In this document: positions 51,113 to 61,206 of the stretch, in pieces
Position numbering within the stretch: position 1 is the stretch's first letter
Layout of the letters: every line of letters starts with the position of its first letter
NCBI GenBank assembly: GCA_965112735.1
Contig: OZ218951.1
Location: 5,642,001-5,706,000, forward strand
Origin: Phaeosaccion multiseriatum
Taxonomy: Eukaryota; Protista; Ochrophyta, other classes
Length of the DNA: 64,000 nt
Direction: 5' to 3'
The notes under the pieces: model-generated
Databases searched by the model: none
What the model was told of the DNA's origin: nothing
What the model saw: only the letters and a program-made list of their open reading frames with translations
Translations under genes and position numbers: made by a program

Positions 51113-51148
51113 ACTGGTGTTTCTTAACACCACCCTCACACTGAGACA
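51113..51148 (+). promoter_or_regulatory. H2A 3' histone-type stem-loop + downstream CACTGAGACA element
   Basis: ACT-GGTGTT-TCTT-AACACC-ACCC-TCA-CACTGAGACA. Confidence 0.8.
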
Positions 51149-51925
51149 CAAACTATTATCCAACGCCGCAACTTCCTCTGCCTGCCCCTCCCTCTCTCTC
51201 GACTCCCAGTCGAGGGAGGAGAAAGGGGATGGGTTGCCGAGGTGGGCAGAACGGGTCGCAGGAGGGGAGAATGAGAAGGGGGTGTGGTAAGGAGCGAAAT
51301 CTCGTCCTGATCCCCTCGCCGCTCTTGCCTTGTTGCTTCTCTCTGCCTCTCTCCTCTGTAACAGCCAATATGCTCTTTCCTCCTGCTCTCTCTCTGCTCA
51401 CACAACCCCTCCCTCTTGATTGACCATCGCCCAAGTGGGACGGACGGCGGGCGGTGGGACAGGCTCTGACAAAGGACAGCGCATTCTGGAGGGTCGGGAC
51501 ACCTCTTCGCTGTAGTGAGCGGAATATGTGTAACTTATGTGCCAAGTGACTACCTAATCTAACCCCCGCTCAGAGAGCCTCCCCTGCTCTACCGGCATCA
51601 GGGCACTTTGAAGTAAAAGAGTGCTGTCTGCTCGGCAGCACTCGAAGGTCGCTTCATGAGCCCTGTCGTTCTCCCGTCAGAGCATTCGTGGTGCCTCCCT
51701 CACCGCCCCAAACCTGAGGCAGGCTTCCAGGGTCGGCTCCAGCAGGCAGCAAGGGCAGGAAGGGTCAACCACCTGTCCGCATGGTATACCTTCGTCAACA
51801 CCTCCTTCCCAGCCTGAGGTGTGTGCTGTTCACACACTGGAGCCCGTCTGTCCCGGTGAGCCCTCCAAGGACGCTCACTGCGACACGGCGGTCCCTCCCA
51901 TGGTATGCTAGCACCACACCCTCTG

Positions 51926-54828
51926 CTATGAGCCTGCCGAGGCGGCAGCGAGAAGCACCTTCAGCGCCGCCACGTTGGCAGCCTTGTTCTCTCCCGCGCC
52001 CACGCGGCCCACCCACTCCTGCATCACCCCCGGGGGGAGGCGCTCCAGCAGCTCCCTGCCCACCGCCGAGGCCAGGGCCACGCCAGCAAAGGCGCCCCTC
52101 CCGTCTGTGGCAGGGATGGCAGTGGACAGGTGGGGTGTCCCCGCCGCGGCGTGCTGTGCCTGCTGCGCCTGCTGCTGCTGCGCCAGGAGCCCCTGCAGCT
52201 GCTGGAGCTGCTGCTGTTGCTGCCCCGGCCCGTTGCGCAGGTCGAGCAGAAGCTGCCCCAACATGCCCAGCATGGACGCGCTGTCAGCATCTGCAGGGTC
52301 GAACCCCCCTGGTGAGAGGATGAGGGCCAGCACGGCGGGCAGCACGTCCGACAAGACGAAGTGCGTGAGGCCGGCCACCACGGCGGGGTCTAACGCCGCG
52401 GCGGCAGAGCCATTCTGCTGCCCCTGCTTGCTGCTCGCACTGCCTGCTGCTGCCCCACTCTCTCCCCCTCCTCCTACTCCGTTGCTGCTGCTACTGAGGC
52501 TGCTACTGCTGTCGCCGCCGCCCCGGCTACTCCCCCCGCTGCTGCCCCTTCCCCCTGGGCTACATGCCCTAATGGCCGATGCACAGAGCTGCAGCGCCCC
52601 CTTTTTAAGCGTCGCGTCGTTGAGGCCCGTCAGCGACCGCATCACCACCCCCACCAGCGTGAGGGGCAGGTGCGGGGCGTTGGTTGGGCTGAACAGCACC
52701 CCCACAAGCTCATACTGCGTCAGGTACTGGCAGAAGGACATGTACACCTTGAGCAGAGACACCAGCTCTGCCGTTTCGTGTGGCTGCAGCGGTTGCAGCG
52801 GGGAGCTCGGCGCGCTGCCATCGCTCCCCGCCCCCCTGCCCCCTGCCACCGCGCCATTCACCCCATTCCCCCCGTTAAATACAAACCCACCGCCACCCCC
52901 ATTCGCCCCAAACCCGGCGCTGCTACTGCCGCTGCCGCCGCCCGCTCCATTGGTGAGCGTGCCCCCCTCCCCACCCCCGCCCCTCGGGAGCAAGCTGTCC
53001 ACCTTGGCGTACACAGGGAGCAGCAGCCCGTCCATCATGCTCCCAACCCCTAACCCAAAAGTCTTGATGAGTTGGTTCAACAGCCGCACCACCTCCTCCA
53101 CGTCCCCTGCGTCGCAATTGGCCACGAGCGCCTTGCCGATGGGCTCCACATAGGGCAGGAGCTGCAGCCCCAGGCAAGGCACCATGCGGTGCGTCAGGAA
53201 AATCACCTTGGAACGAAGCGCCTGGGCAAGGCAGCAGCAAGGCATATGGGCAAGCACACGACCAATGAGCAGCGGGGGGGGGGGGCGTTGGTCCTCTGAG
53301 CGCAAGTACATATACTGCCCTCCCTCTTCCCTCTCTCCCTCTCCCTCCTCCTCTCCCTCCTCCCTCCCTCCCTCCCTCCCTCCCTCTGTACCTCGTGGTT
53401 GGGTAGAGCGCAGAGAGCCGCGAAGGCCACCTCGAGGATGCGGCTGAACACGTCTGAGAGGGCCGGCTGCGGGGCCTTGAAGCCCTTGCTTACATTGGCG
53501 ATGGCCCCCACGCTACACGCCAATGCATCCCCCAGAGACGCTCGACAGGACAGAGCAGGATCCCCTCCTGCGGCGAGGCTCATGTTGGCGGCTCCACCAG
53601 GCAGGGACAGCACCTGGGTGGAGGGGGGGAGGGAGGGGAGGGGAGGGGAGGGGATGGGAGGGAGGCAGGGAGGGATGGATGGGTGGGTGGATGGAGGGAG
53701 GAAGGGAGGGAGAGGGTGAGGGAGGAGGGAGGGAGGGAGGGAGGGGAGGGAGGGAGGGAGGGAGAGGGTCGAAAGACCAAGCAGGGCGGTTTCGTACTGT
53801 ACTGTCTGTAGCACAACCCAGAGTCACTACTCATAGCAAGACTTTCCACACATACCTGGCTATTCTGTAGAAGCTGTTGGATTCGCTCAAACTGAGGCGT
53901 GAGAATGGCCTGCAAGTATAACATTCTCTTCTCCTCCGTCAGAGCCCCAAGGCTAGCCCTCGCTTCCCCTCCATTCGCCAAGTCACCGCCCCCGCTGCTG
54001 CCCCCCACCCCATTGCTGCTGCTGCTGCTGCTGCTGCTGCTAGTGCCGCTGCCCCCTGTTGCTGGGAGGGCCATAAGGCAGCCCAGAGACTCGTACAGCC
54101 ACTGCCGCGCCTCTTCACTGAGGTTCAGTGGAGAGGAGCTCAGCAGCTCCTGCGGAAAGAGCAAGGAGACAGGTCAGGGTCAGGGTCGGGGTCAGGGTCA
54201 GAGTCAGGGTCAGAGTCAGGGTCAGGGTCGGGGTCAGGGTCGGGGTCAGGGTCAGGGTCAGGGTCAGAGTCAGAGTCAGGGTCAGGGCCAGGGTCAGGGT
54301 CAGGGTCAGGGTCAGGGTCAGGGTCAGGGTCGGGGTCAGGGTCGGGGTCAGGGTCAGGGTCAGGGTCAGGGTCAGGGTCAGGGCCATGGTCAGGGTCAGG
54401 GTCCGCGTCACGGTCAGGATCAGAGTCAGGGTCGGGGTCAGGGCCAATATGTGACTGGCGCTGGCGTGCTGCTCACCTGCACCCCTGGCACTGCCACCGC
54501 CACGTACTCGGCCATCCCATCCCCAATTCCACGCACGAGCTTCGTCAGGAAGTAGCAGCAGCGGCAGCGCACCAGGAAGGTCGGGTGCGTGAGCCCCCTC
54601 GGTCCGCACAGCGCGTGCATGACCTGCGCCAGGGCGGAAGGGTTCTCCTTCAGCAGGCGGATGTAGCGCACGCTCAGCTCGTAGTACAGCAGCAGCACCT
54701 GCAGGAGGTGGTAATACAGGCCAGGCGGTCATGTGAGACAGGAGCAGGGGGGGGGGAGCAGGGAGGCCAAGAGCGAGGGGGTTGGGTATCGGCTCGAGCA
54801 GTAGGGCACGGCAAGGCAGATGTACCGT

Positions 54829-54896
<68 letters not shown>

Positions 54897-55549
54897 GAAT
54901 ATGTGGGTGGTTGCTCACGTCGCTAGCGTGCAAGGCCAGCACCATCTGCGGAAAGGTGCCCTCCCTCAGCAGAGCCTTGGGGTTGGCGCCCGGGAGGCTC
55001 GTGAGGCCCGAGCAGCCCTCGCTAAAGTGGTGCAGCAGGCGCAGAGCGGCATACACGTCGGGCCACGGCTGGGCACTGAGGGGCGCGGGGAGGGCGCTGA
55101 GAGAGGCGCACATCATCTGCAGCACCATCTCGGGGTATGTCCTGCAAATGTTGACGTACACCCTCCGCAGCTGGGTTCGCAGCATCATCTCTCCCCCGTC
55201 CTCCTCCTCCTCGGCGTCAAACTCAAACTCTGGGGGGTACCTTTGGTAGCGGAGAGAGAGAGAGAGGGAGCGAGAGGAGTGGGGAGAGGAGGTGACGGTT
55301 ACGGGGGGGGTGGCGGTGCGAGTCGTACAGATGGCAGCAGACGGAATTTGGTCAGGGCGAAGGCGAAACACAACGGCTAAGGGCCTGGAGCTAAGACATC
55401 ACAACTGGCGGAGCGCAAGGCAGGGGCGCACACCCTCTGGTGCCTCTTCTTACTTGCTCCGGAGATGCGCGAGCCTCAGTAGCTCCGCCACGTAGTCCAC
55501 GGCTCTGAACGTGCCCCCTTGCGGCTGCTGCTGTACCACCAACTGCTGT

Positions 55550-55593
<44 letters not shown>

Positions 55594-56922
55594 GCCGCCC
55601 TCCCTCCCTAGTGCCTGCTTCTTGAGCGTGAGGCACAGCGCCAGCACGAAGGGTATGACGGCCGCACTCACGTCCACCTCGGGGTGGTTGAGGCACATGA
55701 ACACGGGCGGCATGGTCTTGGAGAGCTGCTCAGTGCCTGTCTGCAGAGCGCGCTCCAGCTCCGGCCCAGGGGGGAGTGCGTCGCTGTCGGGATGGCAGGG
55801 GATGGGGAGAGGTAGAGTGGGCGCTTGCGCTTGCGGCGGGTCCCACGACGGCATGTGCCACGTGGGTAAATCCACATGTCCATACACCTGTTAGCCACGT
55901 GCCTCAGCCCACTCACCCACTCACTCACTCAGTGCGATTTCCTCCTTACTCACTTTCACCACCCCCATTCACTCACCGACTCAATAAAACCCGCCCTCCC
56001 TCCTTCCCTACCTCCATCCCTCACTCCCTCCCTCCCTCCCTCCCACCCTCCTCCCTCACTCTTTCCCTCCCTCCTCCCTCCCTCCCTCCCTCCCTCCCTC
56101 CCTCCTCCCTCCCTCCCTCCCTCCTCCCTCCCTCCCTCCCTCCCTCCCTCCTCCCTCACTCTTTCCCTCCCTCCCTCCCTCCTCCCTCCCTCCCTCCCTC
56201 CCTCCTCCCTCCCTCCCTCCCTCCCTCCTCCCTCACCTCGACTGCGTGGGCGGCTGATTTGGATCGATAATATCCCACGCCAGCAGCAGCTGCAGCCCCA
56301 GAGCGTTGACCAGCCCTCCCACCGCCACCGCAACATCTTCATCCCCCATGGCTACCCGGCCCCCACTCAGTACCCCCCAGAGCTCGAGCCGTCGCAGCAG
56401 GTCGAGCTTGTGGGCAGGATTGGCGACGCCTTTGCATACCACCTCCTGCAGGCACTTGCTCGCCCCGCAGGCAAGCTCACTGCAGCCTGCCGAGCACAAC
56501 GCCTCGTACAGCAAAGAGAGCATCGGAGGACTCACCACATGCTCCAGCTGCACCCATGGGATGAAGCGCGACCACGTCTATGGGGGGGGGGGGGGGTTGG
56601 ACAGAGATGGCACTCCACGATTAGGGAGGCGAGTGAGAGGGTCTGAAAAGATCGAGAGACAGACACACAGACGAGCGCCCATCCCACCCCATATCCGCGT
56701 GCACGCACCTCTAGAGCGAAGGCGGCGAGCTCTGTGTTGGTCTCGCTGTATTCGCGCACGGCGATGAACACAACGTTGGCGACGTCCGCGATGCAGCAAG
56801 AGGCACGCATCGTGTCCTTGATGAGCATATTGTGCTCCAGCTGGTGTGTGCGTGTACGCCAAGTGTAGGCCAAGGGGGGGATGGGTATGTATTCATTGCA
56901 GGGGGCAGGGGGGGGTAGCAGG

Positions 56923-56955
<33 letters not shown>

Positions 56956-58486
56956 TGTGTTGGAGCCGGGGAGGGCGGGAGGGAGGCCATCGACGTGGGG
57001 AAGAAAGTAGTTTGCAGCATTTGGCACCATCCTCCCTCCCTCCCTCCCTCCCTTCCTTCCTTCCTTCCTTCCTTCTCCCCCTCTTCCTTGCCGCCATCTC
57101 TCAAGCTCTCCTTCGCATCTTGCCTGCCTACTCATCCACCCCTGCCGCCCTCCCTCCCCTCCCGTACCTCGTGCTTGGTCCTGTCGATGTGAAACGCCAC
57201 AATCTCCTCATCCACCGCACACAGCACTTTGAGAAAGAAGTCCACGTACACCTCCCCCCACGCCAGCATGCTCATGAGCTCTGCCCAGCACGAGCCCCAA
57301 CGCTCTGGGTAGTCAGTCTTGAGCAGCAGCGTCACCACCACTGCCAGCTTGCGGCGGACAAACTTCTCCTCCCCCTGCAGCTGGCGCACCCTCGCCCCGC
57401 TGCCCCCCCCAGCCCCGCCGCTGAGGCTGCTGTCCATACTATTACTACTATTGCCATCGGTGCCCCCGCCGCTGCTGCTGCTGCTGCTGCTGCGCCCCTC
57501 GCCACCCCCGCCGCCACCGCTCGGCTGCCCCCCTGCCTCCTTCTCCTGCGCCAACCAGCTCATGACCGATTGGCGGATCTGCAGAACGGCGGCGGCGTCT
57601 GTGACGCGCGGCACCCCCCCCACCTTGCTGCCCCCCAGGTGGTCCTGCAGGAGAGAGAGCGCGAAGAAGCGGGCCTCTGCGCGAGGGGACACCATCAGCA
57701 GCTGCAGGGAGATGGGGGGGCGGGCAGACAAGAGAGAGGGGAGAAGAGGGAGGTGGGGATTAAGGGGGGGGGGTTCGGTGGGGGAGCGCATTGCCTCAGC
57801 TTTCAGACTGAGCCCTGTGGGCACGCAGCACCAGTTGGTGATACAGCAGCAGTAGCCAGCAGCGCCAATCCACCACACCAAAGCAGAAACAGACCTGCAG
57901 GGCTAGCCTCCACGAGTCCGGGGAGGCCTTGACCTCGTCGCAGTACTTGGTGGCCTCCGCCTTGAGCCGCTGCCCGTCGTCGTCGGCTGGGGGGGAGGCG
58001 GAGGAGGAAGGAGGAGGAACAGGCGGGTTACTTTAACCAGTTCGGTGGGGTACACGGGGGTCCAGTCGGGGTGTGTGACATAGAAGGGAGAGGGGCGGTG
58101 GAGAGAGCTGTCTATGTATGGCAGCGATTGCACAGGATGGAAGGCCCCTAAAGTGTGAAGGAGTAAGGGGGACCGAGGGCTCCTGACACTGTCATGGGCA
58201 GGGGCCGGACATGCAGACGAACGCACTGTGCATATTTGTATGGGACAGGGGTGTGTCTACAGCCCGACAATCGATGAGCCTTCTCCCATCCCTCCGTCAC
58301 CCCCCCCCTCCCTTTAGAGACTACAGCCTTCTCCTCTCCCCTTTGTACCCCCGTTCCTCCGTCCTTTCCCTCTCGCAGCGGCTTTCTCTCTAGTCTGCCT
58401 CTCCGTACCCACGGACACGCACCTTCGCTCGGGGGCTGGAGGGCATAGGCCACCGCCATTTCCAGTTGCTGGACGGCGGAGTCCAT
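51926..58486 (-). CDS. XPOT: Exportin-T (Xpo-t/Los1); multi-exon
   Basis: 'LKAEATKYCDEVK', 'ARFFALSLL', 'EKFVRRKLAVVVTLLLKTDYPERW', 'FFLKVLCAVDEEI', 'NMLIKDTMR', 'LLYYELSVRY', 'VRCRCCYF', 'LRSKVIFLTHRMVPCLG'. Confidence 0.85.
54172..54443. repeat. (TCAGGG)n hexamer array in an exportin-T intron
   Basis: About 45 copies of GGTCAG with GGTCGG/AGTCAG variants. Confidence 0.95.
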
Positions 58487-58889
58487 GGCCCTCCTTAGTT
58501 TTCTTTCCCTCCTCCTCTTCTGCGCCCCTGCCCTTTCTTGCCCTCAACACCCACGCAGACTCCCCTCCTCAGTAAGAGGAGGAGAGGGTTGCTAATTCCT
58601 TCTTACAAATGAAAGCTCTCCTGGTGGTAAAAAGATTTTATCTTTACGAAGAAGGAGGTGTAAAGACAATGCGGGGCCCAGTCGTAAGCAAGCCGTCGGC
58701 CGTCCCTGAGGGCGAAGAGAGGATTCAGGGCCGAGATATAGGGAGAGGAGGTGTTGCAGCAGCCCAGGAGGGACCAAGCACCGCACCGCGCAAGGGCTTG
58801 CAGGGGGGGCGCAGGAAGGGCAGCATCACGAGAAGCAGCACTAACTGGAGGAGAGACAGGCTACTTGATTGATTGTGCTTGTGGCAGCG

Positions 58890-59336
58890 ATGTCCTCCTC
58901 CTCCACCCCCAACCAAGCAAAGGATGGCAAGAGCAAGAAGAGTAGCAAGAAGAGGCCAAGGCCGATGGAGATTGCTGCGGCTGCGGCCAAGGGGGACGGC
59001 ACGGCGATCACCAGTGGCAGCAAAGCCAGCAGTGTAGAGACAGGAGCGGCGCGTGCCACCCCTTCTATTGATGCTGCTGCTGCTACCACGGCTCGGCCCA
59101 CCTCCCCTTTTGAGGAGTGCAAGGTGCGAGAGAGTTGCGTCGGAGGCTGTGGTTGGCGACACTCACCCTCCCGTTCCTCTGTGGGAACGAGAGCTCGTTT
59201 CAATACTGTGCTTTTCAGCGCGCAGGACATCCGCTGGCCCTCTCCCACATTGCACGCCACCGCCCTGCTGCACACCCGAAGTGAGCCTCCTCGTAACAGC
59301 TACTTCACCCCGTTTCATTTTTTTCTTTTTCTGTGT

Positions 59337-59403
<67 letters not shown>

Positions 59404-60147
59404 ATGCGGCTCCAGGTCAGCCTGCTGCCAAAAGACATGCGGGACATCTACCACGGCATCCGCAGCAACGTGTACAAGCTGCTCATGCGCTACGACGACT
59501 CCGCCGGCGGCGTGATCTTGTCCTTCAGCAGTATCAGCTTCCCGGCGGGGAGGGAGCACGGCTGCATCATCGACGAGATGCCACACATCCACTTTGCTGT
59601 CAACGCCACGGCCCTCGTGTTTCGCCCCCTTCCGGGCATGGTGCTTCGCGGGAGGGTCAACAAGGTGTCTGTGACACATGTTGGGCTGCTCGTGTGCGGC
59701 ATCTTCAACGCGTCCATCAGCGCACAGGAGATGGGCAAGAAGTGGAGCTTCCACTCCGGAGCCGAGCAGTGGCAGCGGCAAGGGGAGGGAGGGGAGGGAG
59801 GGGAGGGCGTGGGGGAGGTCGGCTTGGAGAGCGTGGTGGAGTTCTCGGTGCGCAGGCTGCACGAGGCCTCTGGACTCATCTCCATCGAGGGGGGCCTGAA
59901 GGCATGTCGGGGGCTGCTGGACAACGAGTATGAGGGAGCGGATGGTGCTGCTGCTGCTCTTGGGGCCTGGAGAGCTGCTGGGGAAGGCGGCGAGTCTGCA
60001 GGCGGCCAGTCTGTGGCGGTGGTCGCTGCTCGTAGGAAAGGGGAGCCTACTGGCGAGGAGGAGGAGGGGCCGCCCACCAAGAGAAAGAAGAAGGACAAGA
60101 AGAAGAAAGACAAGAAGGAGAAGAAGGAGCACAAAAGAAAAAAATGA
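58890..60147 (+). CDS. RPA43: RNA polymerase I subunit RPA43 (exons 58890-59123, 59404-60147)
   Basis: 'RLQVSLLP...LLMRYDDSAGGVILSF...IIDEMPHIHF...LVFRPLPGMVLRGRVNKVSVTHVGLLVCGIFNASI'; Lys-rich tail. Confidence 0.85.
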
Positions 60148-60171
60148 GATTGGGGGGGGGGGGGGGGGGGT

Positions 60172-60651
60172 TCGACCCCTGACGCACTATTGCCCACATT
60201 GTCGACAGCGCGCTATCCGCCACCGGCCGATAGCGGATAGCGGATCGGCTGGCGCCGGCGATAGCGGATAGCATGCCCCCACAACCCCCCCCCCCTCAAA
60301 GCCGGCTGGCGCGTATCGGATAACGGATAGCGTGATAGTGCGTCAGTCAGGGTCGAGGGGGGGGGTAGGGGCTGCTCGGTGCGAATTTCGAAGATGGCAC
60401 TGCACGCGCGAAAAATCCACTTTAGCGAAAAAGTTGCAACAAACGGTCGGGGCGACTGACGCACTATCACGCTATCCGTTATCCGATACGCGCCAGCCGG
60501 CTTTGAGGGGGGGGGGGGGTGTGGGGGCATGCTATCCGCTATCGCCGGCGCCAGCCGATCCGCTATCCGCTATCGGATAGCGCGCTATCGGCCCCCCCGG
60601 GGCCTGATAGCGCGCTGCCGAGAATGTGGGCGATAGTGCGTCAGGGGTTGA
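60172..60651. mobile_element. Two inverted copies (60172-60356 and ~60454-60651) of a short element related to the 46703 MITE
   Basis: Ends TCGACCCCTGACGCACTAT / ATAGTGCGTCAGGGGTTGA, internal GCTATCCGCTATC motifs; the arms are near reverse complements. Confidence 0.8.
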
Positions 60652-61206
60652 CCCTGTGGTGTTGGATGTGGTGACCGCCTCCATTCGAGCACGAGTTTTA
60701 GGTCGACAAGACAGATATCCGAGGGAGCGGGTTGTGGGTGAGGGTGGGAGAAGGAGGGACTTCCCTCGCCGTGCAGAGTGCTATCGACAACCGTGTGGTG
60801 TAGCACGCTTACAACGTTCGCTTCAATTTTTTTTTTTAATACACTCGATTTGCGTAAGAATCGCCCAACAAATGAAGAAGCGCTATAGCTCTTCGTGTAG
60901 CTCTTTGAGATGCCTACCGACACACAGTCTTTCGGCTTTCATCGCTTTTCCCCTACCCTACTTGTCAGCATTTCTGCAATAGCACTCCCCCTTCCCTCCC
61001 AACCCCCCCTTCATCTTCTTCCCCTCTCATTTCTTCTAAATCACTTATATGATAACAATACTTCGTGGTAATAATAAAATTTTTTGCCACTGCGCCCTTC
61101 TCGCAAGGAAAAAGGGGGCTCCTCCGGCTCCAACTCAATTATCTCCCGTACCTCTATCTTCCCACACACCAAATCAAATCCAATCAAAGTAACTCATCAT
61201 CTCCGC

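Noticed and set aside
49640-51149. Long antisense ORFs over the histone genes
   Set aside because: Shadow ORFs caused by high GC3 codon bias.
53899-54555. (GQ)n, (VR)n and (TL)n ORFs
   Set aside because: Artefacts of the intronic hexamer array.
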